From positions 416,001 to 480,000 of the forward strand of contig JBGARZ010000005.1 of the NCBI GenBank assembly GCA_044229975.1: DNA of 64,000 nt. Reading direction: 5' to 3'. Source of the stretch: Polyangiales bacterium. GTDB lineage: Bacteria > Myxococcota_A > Polyangia > Polyangiales > Ga0077539. The notes beneath the pieces are model-generated. The model did no database searches, had not been told where the DNA came from, and saw only the letters and a program-made list of their open reading frames with translations. Both the position numbers and the translations under genes were made by a program. This document shows positions 46,678-55,441 of the stretch, piece by piece (positions within the stretch are counted from its first letter, which is position 1; each line of letters opens with the position of its first letter).

Positions 46678-47535
46678 CTACAACTGCTCGAACGCGCCGC
46701 TCTTGAAGCGGGGCGGGCGCTCCGTGGTCACCTCGGAGTGATACCACCACGCGTATTTGGAGATGAACACGTCCCAGTCCGAGGCTGGGCCGGTCACCTT
46801 GACCCAGGCCCTGCGGGACAGGCGGTCGAGCGCCTCGTTGACCCGCACTGACGGCCGCAGCTTCTCGCCCTCAGGCCGCTCGCACAGCGGGCAGTGGTCT
46901 TCCCACTCGCCGATGCGCTCGCCCATGCCCTCGAGCGTCGTGATGAGCCACACATCGTAGGGCTGGTGGTGCGCGTCATCGTCGTCCACGTCGGGGTTGT
47001 GGGGGCCCACGTGGATCTGCGCCCCCAGTTCCCGCATCACCTCCACCGCCAGGGTGTAGCGATGCTCGTCCGACTCCTTGCCCCACAGGCCCACCCAGGC
47101 CTTCGGGATCGAGGGCAGCCACGCCCCGTTGGCGGCGTTGTTCACCGAGTAGCCGCTGTCCGCCGCGACCTCCGGGCCGGCCGAGATCCAGTGTTCCATC
47201 AGGCTCTTCACAAGCGCCTGCTTGCCGCTCACCAGGTGGTGCGCCTGAAAGGTCACGCGGTGCTCCTGACGGAAGGCGACGGCCGCGGCGTCGAGCATCG
47301 GGTCGGACGCCTGCCGGTGCGCCGCGTGGTCGACCTTCGGGCGCACCCCCGGTTGGAGGGACGCGAGCTTCGTCGGGTTGTCGATGATCGCGGCGAGCTT
47401 CTTGGAGTCGTTCGACGCACCGCCATAGGTCGTCCACTCCTCGGGCGGCTCCTTCGGGCAGAACGGACAGTTCGGATCATCGGCGGGGTGCAGGTCCGGC
47501 ACGCTCACCGCCACCAGTTCGTTGAGTTCCGTCAC
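46678..47535 (-). CDS. AHH-family (HNH/EndoVII) nuclease effector
   Basis: FQAHHLVS, YSVNNAANGAWLPS and QIHVGPH; directly downstream of vgrG. Confidence 0.85.
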   Translation of the reverse strand: MTELNELVAVSVPDLHPADDPNCPFCPKEPPEEWTTYGGASNDSKKLAAIIDNPTKLASLQPGVRPKVDHAAHRQASDPMLDAAAVAFRQEHRVTFQAHHLVSGKQALVKSLMEHWISAGPEVAADSGYSVNNAANGAWLPSIPKAWVGLWGKESDEHRYTLAVEVMRELGAQIHVGPHNPDVDDDDAHHQPYDVWLITTLEGMGERIGEWEDHCPLCERPEGEKLRPSVRVNEALDRLSRRAWVKVTGPASDWDVFISKYAWWYHSEVTTERPPRFKSGAFEQL

Positions 47536-47553
47536 GCCGCGCCTCGCTCCCCG

Positions 47554-49734
47554 CTACCCATTGATCTTCACCTGAGCCCCCTTCACCTCGACGTTGCCGC
47601 CGGTGCTCACGGTGATCTTGTCGCCGTTGAGCTCCACCTTCCCCCCGGCGCCCGTCTTCAGGGTGATCTTGTCCGTCGTCACCTCCACGCTCGTGTCGCC
47701 CACCTTCAGGGTGAACTTCTTCGGCACTTCGAGGACGACGTTCTCCGGGTCGACCAGCAGCTTCATCCCGTCGTCGCCGACCACCACGCCGAGCACCTTC
47801 GGCACCATCACCTGCATCTCGTCAGGGATCATCTGCACCGACGCGCCGCTGCCGCCGCCCACCTCCACCACCGCCGCCTCGTCGGCCGTAAACCGGTGGC
47901 TCTCGTTGGCGTGCTCGCTGTTGGACCCCTCGACCACCACGCTGCGGTTGCCCAGCACCTGCGTGAGGTCGTTGCCGTCCGTCGTGCGGTGGCGGTTCTT
48001 CTTCACCACCTGCGACTCCGAGCCGTCCACCGTCACGCTCCGGTCGCGCCCCACCGTCGTCGCGCTGTCGCGCCCGACGCCCGTCGTCTCGTCGTGGTCG
48101 ACCCGGCGCTTGTGGTCGTGCCGCACGTGCTCGCGCAGGTCGCGCTGCGCCCGCAGGTACACCTCCTCGCGGTCGGCGAGGTCCTCGAAGCGCAGCTCGT
48201 TGAAGCCGCCCGTGTGGGGCGAGCTCTGCGTGCGAATCACCGACCGCGTGCGGTGCTCCGGCAGCGCGAAGGGCGCCTCGTTGGACTTGTTGTAGAGGCA
48301 CCCCGCCACGAAGGGCCGGTCGACGTCGCCGTCGAAGAACTGCACCACCACCTCCATCCCCACCCGCGGCGTGAAGAGCGTCCCCCACGATCCGCCGGCC
48401 CACCCCTGCACCACCCGCAGCCAGCACGACGGGTGCGGGTGCTCCTGCTCGCCCACGCGGCGCTCGGGCTCGTCCCAGTGGAAGCGCACCAGCACCCGAC
48501 CGTAGTGGTCGGTCGCGATCTCCTCCTCGGACCCCTCCGGCCGCGTCACGGTGGCCGACTGGGGCGCCAACATCCGGGGCTTCGCGCGCACCGCGGGTCG
48601 CTGCACCACCCTCTCCGGCGCGGCCTCGAAGTGGTTGACGTAGCGGTCCTCGCCCGACCCCTCCGCGCTCCCGCCGTGCGTCACCTCCGGCGCGCTCGCG
48701 AGGTGCACCACCCGCGTCAACAACACCCGCACCGGCGACGACCCCGGCCCCGGCTCCTGCAGCTCCACCAGCGCCCCCGGCATGAAGCCCACCACCACCC
48801 CGGTGCCCCGCAGTCCCTGCGACCGCGCCTGCAACGCATCCTGGCGCATCGTGGCGAAGCGCTTCATCTGCGCGGCCCGCCCGTAGACGTGCTCGCCGCC
48901 GTCCCACGCGCCCAGCACGAAGCGCGACGGGTACTCCGTCATCACGAGGTCGGGCTCCACCGTCGGGTGATGCGCCTTCAAGGCCGACTGCGGATGCGTG
49001 AAGTCGTAGTCCCGGCCAAGCCAGGCGCCCGTGGTCAGCTCGCGGCGCTCCTCCAGCCGCGCCACGCGCTCGACCTCCGCCGTCGCCGCCCCGCCGCCGA
49101 TCGGAACCGCCCGCCCGTCCAGCGTCGCCACCGTGTCGAGGGCCGCGAGCTCACCACCATCGAAGAGCACCAGCTCCTCGTCGTCGTCGCCTTGCGCGAA
49201 GGCGTAGTGAAGGCCCTCCTCGGAGAGCAGCCGCGCGATGAACTCCAGGTCCGTCTCGCCGAACTGCACGCAGTACTCGCGCTCCGCGGGCCGCTCCACG
49301 CCGACCGGCTCCCGCCAGCGCCCCTCGTACAGCCCCGCGTCGTCGAGCACGGCCCTGACGACGGTGAGCGCGTCGACGTCCTGGTAGATGCGGTGCTCCG
49401 AGCGTCGCCCGAGCAACCACAGCGACGGCACCACCACCAGCTCATCGACCCGGTGGCCCGCCGTCAGTCCGCGCTGCGCGATCGCCACCACCACGCCGTG
49501 CACACGACGCTCGTGGTCGCCGCGCGCCAGGGTGAGCGTCGACCGGCAGCCCAGGAGGTCGTCCAGCGCGGGCGCCTCGTCGAGCATCCACGCGAGCTCG
49601 ACCACGCACTCGTAGGGCGTCGAGAGGGCCTCCGTCAGTTGCACGCGGGCCACCGCTGCGCGCGCGGTGACACCCTTGACCTCGAAGGACAGAACCACCT
49701 CGGGCAACACGCCTCCCGCCCCGTCAGCGCCCAT
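47554..49734 (-). CDS. vgrG: Type VI secretion spike protein VgrG
   Basis: EALSTPY, RIYQ, EYCVQFGETDLEFIARLLSEEG, DHYGRVLVRFHWD, SCWLRVVQGWAG, PRVGMEVVVQF.DGD.DRP, NELRFED and gp5-like repeats. Confidence 0.95.
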   Translation of the reverse strand: MGADGAGGVLPEVVLSFEVKGVTARAAVARVQLTEALSTPYECVVELAWMLDEAPALDDLLGCRSTLTLARGDHERRVHGVVVAIAQRGLTAGHRVDELVVVPSLWLLGRRSEHRIYQDVDALTVVRAVLDDAGLYEGRWREPVGVERPAEREYCVQFGETDLEFIARLLSEEGLHYAFAQGDDDEELVLFDGGELAALDTVATLDGRAVPIGGGAATAEVERVARLEERRELTTGAWLGRDYDFTHPQSALKAHHPTVEPDLVMTEYPSRFVLGAWDGGEHVYGRAAQMKRFATMRQDALQARSQGLRGTGVVVGFMPGALVELQEPGPGSSPVRVLLTRVVHLASAPEVTHGGSAEGSGEDRYVNHFEAAPERVVQRPAVRAKPRMLAPQSATVTRPEGSEEEIATDHYGRVLVRFHWDEPERRVGEQEHPHPSCWLRVVQGWAGGSWGTLFTPRVGMEVVVQFFDGDVDRPFVAGCLYNKSNEAPFALPEHRTRSVIRTQSSPHTGGFNELRFEDLADREEVYLRAQRDLREHVRHDHKRRVDHDETTGVGRDSATTVGRDRSVTVDGSESQVVKKNRHRTTDGNDLTQVLGNRSVVVEGSNSEHANESHRFTADEAAVVEVGGGSGASVQMIPDEMQVMVPKVLGVVVGDDGMKLLVDPENVVLEVPKKFTLKVGDTSVEVTTDKITLKTGAGGKVELNGDKITVSTGGNVEVKGAQVKING

Positions 49735-49758
49735 GGGAGGGCCTCCTCGTCTCTACGC

Positions 49759-52700
49759 TCATGGTTCTTCTCCCAGCTCCAGCGACCGCAGCGCGTCCTG
49801 CAAGCACGCCCGGGTCTTCGGCCCCGCGACGCCGTCCACCCGCAGCGCCGTGTCGGCGTCGGCCTGGAAGGTCGCGATGGACTCCCGCGTCTCGTCGTCG
49901 AGCACGCCGTCGGGCGCGCGCTCGCGGTACCCGAGCTGCCCGAGCGCCCGCTGCACGTTGCGCACGTCGCGCAGGTCGATGCGCTCGCACGCCAGCGGCA
50001 CCGTGATGCGCGGCCCGTCCTCGGGCACTGCCACGGGCGTTCCGAGAAACACCGTCACCCGCCGCCCCACCAGCCGCACCTCGCGGAAGGATGGCCGTCC
50101 CCGCGCCTCGTCCCACCACGCCTCGTCGAGCCGCAGCCCACAGAATCGCGGCCCTGCGAGGGCGTGATAGGTGGTCTGCGAAGTGATCGCGCGGAAGGCC
50201 ATCAGCGCCAACCCCGGGCGCGTCTCGGCGGCCGAGAGGCGGTCGGCGAGGAGGCCACGCGTCGCGTCGGTGATCCCGTGCTTGCCGTCGTCGAGGCGCC
50301 CCGCGAGGTGCGACGTCGTCGTCGGGACCACCGGGTGGTGCAGCTCCCACCACACCTGTCGGCCCGCCCCGTCGAGGCCGCGGCGCGCGAGGTCACCCAT
50401 CGTCCGCAGGGCCGCGCCGACGTTGCCGCCCGACCGCAGCGCCACCACCACGTTGGCGCGATCGGCGTCGACCCCGAGCACGGCGTGGTGCGCGTCGAGC
50501 CAGTCGGCGAGGTCGTCGCAGACGACGCCGTCCATCATCGACGCGAAGAGGTCACGGTTCTCGCGCGCGAGGAGCGTCAGGCCCCGCACCAGCAGGCCCG
50601 CCTCCACGCTGCGCGGCCCGATCGGCGCCTCCAGCGTGGGCGCAGCGTCCGCCACCTGAAGACCGACGCGAGACGCCTCCCAGCGGGGTCGGTCCTGCAC
50701 GCGGATCTTCGTGAGCCGCCCTGGGCGCGGCTGCGTCTTTCGCCGGTACGCGTCGACCGCGGCGGGCGTCGGGGGCGCCCGGTGCTTCGCGAGCAATGGC
50801 TCGTTGGCCGCGCGGTGCGCCTCGCGGATGCGGTGCAGCAGCGACAGCGTCCGCGCGTCTTCCATGTGCTGGGCGGCGACGTTCCAGCGGCGCTCGTCGG
50901 CCGAGTGCGCGAGCGCGTGCATCGCCGCGACGAAGCGATCGATGGTGGCCGAGTCGAGGTGCTCCAGGCCGAGCTCGCGCACCACGAGCGCCCGGGCCTG
51001 CGCGCGGTGCGTCTCGGGCAGCTCGCGCAGCCCCGCCCACACGCGGCCCGAGACCTCCTTCGACGCTTCGAGGTGGAGCGTCGTGAAGCGCCCCTGCGCC
51101 TCCTGTCGCTGCGGGGACAGCTTCAGCGCCGCGACCATCTCCGTCGGCACCGAGACCTTTCCGGTGCCGGGGTCGATGGTCCATCGGATGACCCCGTGCT
51201 CGCCGCGGGCGAGCGCGAACACCGCGCCTAGCCCGGCGAACTCCAGCACCCCGTCGTCGAGGAAGCGCTCAGCCGCGCCGCCGTGACGAAAGGGCTGCTT
51301 GCCTTCCCGTCCGAGCTTCGTCTCCTGCTCCGTGGCCAGCGTGCGCAGGGAGTTGGCGTGCTCGTTGAGCTCGCGCAGGCGCGCGGCGTTCTGGTGGTAG
51401 GCGGGGCTGTTGGGGAGCTTCACCTCGTCGCCCACCGGCGCCGTGCGGCCGCTGACGGCGTCGACCACCTGCACGAGATCGGTGTCGCCCGTGATGCCCA
51501 CCCGGGCGCGCGTGAGGAGCCCCTTCGCCTGGGCCCAGTCTTTGAAGTCGGGATACTCGTCGGCGAACCACGCACGCCCCTCTGGTGAGTCGAGTTCGAA
51601 GAGAGCGCGAGCCTTCGGCCCACGAAGCTTGTCCGCGAGCTTGCGGACGATCGCCTTCTCTGCCGCTGGCAGCGAACGCGACCACTCCACCAGCAGGTCG
51701 GGGTGGAAGACCACGCGATCCGCGCGCACGAGGTAGCCGTTCTCCTTCAGCGTCGGCACGCTGTCGTCCCAGGTGGCGCGCGCCGCGTCGAAGTTGGCGT
51801 GCGTCTCCTTGGACGGGTTCGTGACGAGCCCGCGAATGGCCTCCGGACCGATGTTGGCCGTCTTGGCCTTGCAGTCTTCGCCCTTGGTGATGATGCCCGC
51901 CTCGGCCAGGTGGCGCACCGACGCCTGGTTCGACACGCGGCCCTCGATGATCATCCCGCCGTCGTCGACCGACCGCAGCATCGTGTGCAGCGCCGAGCGC
52001 ATGAGCCCGAGCCCGCTCCAGTGCTCCACGAACTCCTTGGCACCCAGCGGCGGCGCCTTCGTCACACCCGCCGGGCGCGGCGGGAGCGACGGACCGTCGA
52101 CGGCCGCGAAGATCATCCGGCGCCCGCGGGCCTGCGCGTACATCAGCTTGAGCGTGTCGCGCGCCGGGGTCTTCGCGTCCGCGGGCACCTTCGCGTCGTC
52201 GACCGGGCGGGGCGTGATGCGGGCATGGCGCACCATGCCGAGGAGAACGTTCTGGATGACGCGCGCCATGAGCCACGGCAGCTCCGGGATCACGATCTCG
52301 GACACCGGGCGCCCCTCCTTCTCCGAGCGCTTGAGCAGGCCCCGCACCTCCTGCGCCATCACCGTCACGACGCTCTCGATGAGCAGCTTCGCGACGTGGC
52401 GCACCCGCGAGTCGTCGGGCTTGTACCCGAGCAGCCGCCCCAGCACGAAGCTGAACACCGACAGCAAACGCTTCTCCGCGAGATCCTTCAGCACATCGAG
52501 GCCGTCGCGCTCACCCCCGAGGCGTCCGTCGATGCCGAGCAGCACCACGTCGAAGCAGAACTCCACGATCTGTTGCAGGAGCATCAGCGCCCCCGCCTGC
52601 GCCGCAGCCGCCGCGGGCCCGATGTACGCGCGGGCCATGGACATGAACGTGTCGATGAGCACCTGCGGGATGCGCTCGCGCGCGACGGCGAAGACCTCGC

Positions 52701-53436
52701 GCAGCACCGGAGTGCCCGCCATGAGGGCGCCCGCCGACGAGGCCCCCGCCTCGATCATCACCACCGAGATGCGGTAGCCGAACTCGGTCACCGGGTTCTT
52801 CAGCACCGGCACGAAGTTGGGCGCCATCAAGAGAATCTGGAACGCCCCGTCCTTCACCAGCCGCGTGTACTGCTCGGCCGACTGCGCGCTCTCGATGTTG
52901 CTCTCGCGACGCGCGGCGAGCATCGCCCGCAGCGCGGCCAGTCGCGACCGCGCCTGGTGCAGCACGACGCCCGTCTCCCACAGGCGCTCCGACTGCGGGT
53001 CGGGCTGTGGGTCGTTCACGCCCTTCAGCACCTTCTCCAACGCAGCCAGACCGTCGGCGATCTCGCCCGGTCCCGCGACGAAGGAGCGCAGCGACCGCGC
53101 CCACGTCCCGGGGTCTTCGTGCTCGATGCGTTGCAGCGCGCGGACCTCGTCCAGCAGCAGGTCGCGCTCCATCCAGAGCGCGTTGGCGATGCGGGCGGCC
53201 TTCGCCTTGAACGCCTCCACCTCGACGTGGTGTACCTTCCCGAACAGCACCACCTCCACGAGGGTCTTCGGGGCCGCGGTGGCCTCGTTGCCGGTCGAGA
53301 CGTTGATCGCCCGCTCGGACGACGCGCCTTGCGCGAAGAGCTCGCCGAAGGCGCCGCGCTCGAAGCGCAGCGTGTCGATCGACGGGAGCCCCTTCTCCAG
53401 GTCGTCGGGCACCTTCACGAAGGTCGCGTTACGCAT
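49759..53436 (-). CDS. Putative T6SS-associated effector: hydrophobic N-region + EF/CyaA/ExoY-like nucleotidyl cyclase domain + C-terminal peptidoglycan-binding domain
   Basis: RVSNQASVRHLAEAGIITKGEDCKAKTANIGP, ITGDTDL and FRHG in the correct order; tail VRNVQRALGQLGY...DG...T...IATFQ...LRVDGVAGPKT. Confidence 0.65.
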   Translation of the reverse strand: MRNATFVKVPDDLEKGLPSIDTLRFERGAFGELFAQGASSERAINVSTGNEATAAPKTLVEVVLFGKVHHVEVEAFKAKAARIANALWMERDLLLDEVRALQRIEHEDPGTWARSLRSFVAGPGEIADGLAALEKVLKGVNDPQPDPQSERLWETGVVLHQARSRLAALRAMLAARRESNIESAQSAEQYTRLVKDGAFQILLMAPNFVPVLKNPVTEFGYRISVVMIEAGASSAGALMAGTPVLREVFAVARERIPQVLIDTFMSMARAYIGPAAAAAQAGALMLLQQIVEFCFDVVLLGIDGRLGGERDGLDVLKDLAEKRLLSVFSFVLGRLLGYKPDDSRVRHVAKLLIESVVTVMAQEVRGLLKRSEKEGRPVSEIVIPELPWLMARVIQNVLLGMVRHARITPRPVDDAKVPADAKTPARDTLKLMYAQARGRRMIFAAVDGPSLPPRPAGVTKAPPLGAKEFVEHWSGLGLMRSALHTMLRSVDDGGMIIEGRVSNQASVRHLAEAGIITKGEDCKAKTANIGPEAIRGLVTNPSKETHANFDAARATWDDSVPTLKENGYLVRADRVVFHPDLLVEWSRSLPAAEKAIVRKLADKLRGPKARALFELDSPEGRAWFADEYPDFKDWAQAKGLLTRARVGITGDTDLVQVVDAVSGRTAPVGDEVKLPNSPAYHQNAARLRELNEHANSLRTLATEQETKLGREGKQPFRHGGAAERFLDDGVLEFAGLGAVFALARGEHGVIRWTIDPGTGKVSVPTEMVAALKLSPQRQEAQGRFTTLHLEASKEVSGRVWAGLRELPETHRAQARALVVRELGLEHLDSATIDRFVAAMHALAHSADERRWNVAAQHMEDARTLSLLHRIREAHRAANEPLLAKHRAPPTPAAVDAYRRKTQPRPGRLTKIRVQDRPRWEASRVGLQVADAAPTLEAPIGPRSVEAGLLVRGLTLLARENRDLFASMMDGVVCDDLADWLDAHHAVLGVDADRANVVVALRSGGNVGAALRTMGDLARRGLDGAGRQVWWELHHPVVPTTTSHLAGRLDDGKHGITDATRGLLADRLSAAETRPGLALMAFRAITSQTTYHALAGPRFCGLRLDEAWWDEARGRPSFREVRLVGRRVTVFLGTPVAVPEDGPRITVPLACERIDLRDVRNVQRALGQLGYRERAPDGVLDDETRESIATFQADADTALRVDGVAGPKTRACLQDALRSLELGEEP

Positions 53437-54655
53437 GGTGCCCCCGCCGCAGCGCCTCGCGCAGCGCCTCGTCCACCGCGCCGCCCTCGCCCAGGTCGTG
53501 CGTCCGGCGGAACCACCGCACCGCGTCGGCGAGCTGCGCGGTGGGCTCGGTCACGCTCGGCCCGGCGTAGTACCCGAGGTTGCGCAGCCGGTCGCAGACC
53601 CCGGTGAGCTCGTCGTGCGGGTCGAGGTGCCCGACGCGGAGCTCGTAGTCCTCGTGCTCGCCGTCGGCGCCGATCGCGAGGCGCAGGCGCGACGCCGCGG
53701 GCGGGATCTTCACGCGCATCCACCCGTCGCCGTCGAGCGCGCCGCGGAGGTCGACGCCGCCGCCCGTGAGGTGGAAGGGCTCGCCGGCGTAGGGCGCGCC
53801 CTCGATGTCGAGGCACCGGAGGTTGAGGTCGAGCGGAACGCCCCGTCGACGAAACCGGTGCACCCGCCCGGTCGCGCAGCGCTCGTCGCGCAGCACCCGG
53901 TCGGGCAGGAAGAGCACGTCACCCGCGCGAAGGATGTTGGGGTCGCGGCGCTTCGCGCGCAGGTCGGCGTTGCGCGGGTGATCCCACACCGTCGCGCGAA
54001 AAAGACCGCGCGCGGCGGCGAGCGAGTCGGTGGTGTCGCCCTGCGCGACGGTGCGGGTGACGCCCTCGTCGCCGCGACGCACCCGCGCGTGCACAACACC
54101 TGGTCGCGACCACGCCTCGGCGTCGAGGTCGGGGAAGGTGACGACGCACTCGCCGGGCGTGAGGCCGTCGAGGTGGACGCTGCCCGCGGCGTTGAGGGCG
54201 CCCTCGCGCAGACTGCGGTCGGGTAGGAGGATGCGGTAGCGAACGCCCGCGAGGAGGGCGTCGACCTCGTCGACGAGCTCGACGGTGATCCAGGTGTCGG
54301 TCTCGGCGACGCGCGGCGCGGCGTGGGCGGGCCCGGCGTCGTCGTGGGCGCCGTCGACGGGAGCGGCGAAGGTGCGCGGGGCGTCGCCGCGCCAGGCGAC
54401 GACGAGGCCATCGAGGAGGGCCCGGCGGAGTCGATCGCGGCGGGCGTCGGGGTGGTTGGAGGCGGCGCCGAGCGGGTGCAGCGCGCGGTCGATGTCGCCG
54501 AGCTGCGCGACCGGGCGATGCGAGCCGTCTGGAAACCACCGCTCGACCGACCGCGCCGCCCGATGGGGCTCGTAGGCGCGCGATACGGGTGCACTGCCTC
54601 GTCGCGCGAGGTGCACCGCCTGGCCGTGGTCGTCGATGGTCCAGCGGTCACGCAT
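53429..54655 (-). CDS. Multidomain protein: beta-sandwich + LysM-like + beta-sandwich + peptidoglycan-binding domain
   Basis: WITVELVDE...GVRYRILLPD..LREG.LN..G; TVAQGDT..SLA...PNILRAGDVLFLP; GVCDRLRNLGYY...AVRWFR. Overlaps the next gene by 8 bp. Confidence 0.7.
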   Translation of the reverse strand: MRDRWTIDDHGQAVHLARRGSAPVSRAYEPHRAARSVERWFPDGSHRPVAQLGDIDRALHPLGAASNHPDARRDRLRRALLDGLVVAWRGDAPRTFAAPVDGAHDDAGPAHAAPRVAETDTWITVELVDEVDALLAGVRYRILLPDRSLREGALNAAGSVHLDGLTPGECVVTFPDLDAEAWSRPGVVHARVRRGDEGVTRTVAQGDTTDSLAAARGLFRATVWDHPRNADLRAKRRDPNILRAGDVLFLPDRVLRDERCATGRVHRFRRRGVPLDLNLRCLDIEGAPYAGEPFHLTGGGVDLRGALDGDGWMRVKIPPAASRLRLAIGADGEHEDYELRVGHLDPHDELTGVCDRLRNLGYYAGPSVTEPTAQLADAVRWFRRTHDLGEGGAVDEALREALRRGHHA

Positions 54656-54666
54656 GACGCCGCTCG

Positions 54667-55425
54667 TCAGCTCCCCGTCCCGGTGCAGGTGCCGGTGGTG
54701 GCGCCCGCGGCCGCGCGGCACTCGTACCCTTGAAGGCAGTGGTTGATGGCCTCCACCGGGTCGCACGATCCACCCGCGAGCACGGGCGGCAGCTCCGTGA
54801 CGGTGAGCTCGAACGCTCCCTGCGCGCTGGTGGCGTCGGGCCTGGGCGGGACGCGCCCCGCGACCACGACAAAGACGGGGATGCCGGTCGTCGCGTTTTC
54901 GGTGGTCGTGAAGGCCGACGTCTGCGCCCGCGGAGCGACGCCGTTGTCGTCGCTGCACCCGAGCGGCGCGGCGGTCACCGTGCAGGCCGGGAGCGCCCAC
55001 GCGACGGTGTCGAGGGTGACGTCGGTTCCGGGGTTGTTGGTGCTCACGCGGAGCCAGCGGCTGAGCCGCGGCGTGTACCGGAACACCACCTCGTGCCCGG
55101 GCCGCCCGCACCCGCCGACGAGGAGCCCTTCAGGGTCGGGGACGTCGCGGTTGTCTCGCGTGATGCGAGTGATGTTGCCGCGGGTCTCGCCATAGACGTC
55201 GAGGTCGATCACCGCGGCTGCGGCGCAGGGGTCGTGGCGTGGCACGACGTCGTCGCTCGGGGCGTGGTCTCCGGTCGGCGCGACGTCATCGACTCCCTGG
55301 TCGACGAGGTCGAGCCCGGTGTCGCGAGGCGCAGCGTCACGGCTCGCGTAGAGCGGCGACGAGCAACCGAGCAGGAGGCCTGCGAGCAGCGTCCATCGGC
55401 GGTGGTGCGTGTCGGTGGGGATCAT
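54667..55425 (-). CDS. Hypothetical lipoprotein with beta-sandwich (PPC-like) domain
   Basis: Lipobox LLLGC; EVVFRYT...LDTV...LGCSDD...VFVVVAG...GAFELTV; Cys-rich end. Confidence 0.65.
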   Translation of the reverse strand: MIPTDTHHRRWTLLAGLLLGCSSPLYASRDAAPRDTGLDLVDQGVDDVAPTGDHAPSDDVVPRHDPCAAAAVIDLDVYGETRGNITRITRDNRDVPDPEGLLVGGCGRPGHEVVFRYTPRLSRWLRVSTNNPGTDVTLDTVAWALPACTVTAAPLGCSDDNGVAPRAQTSAFTTTENATTGIPVFVVVAGRVPPRPDATSAQGAFELTVTELPPVLAGGSCDPVEAINHCLQGYECRAAAGATTGTCTGTGS

Positions 55426-55441
55426 CTCGGCAGGACCTCGT

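Noticed and set aside
46894..51231. 1445-aa + strand ORF and other long antisense ORFs (e.g. 15272-18499, 24171-26234, 7521-9872)
   Set aside because: These are shadow frames of high-GC genes; they are Arg/His/Pro-rich, carry no motifs, and overlap well-supported genes.
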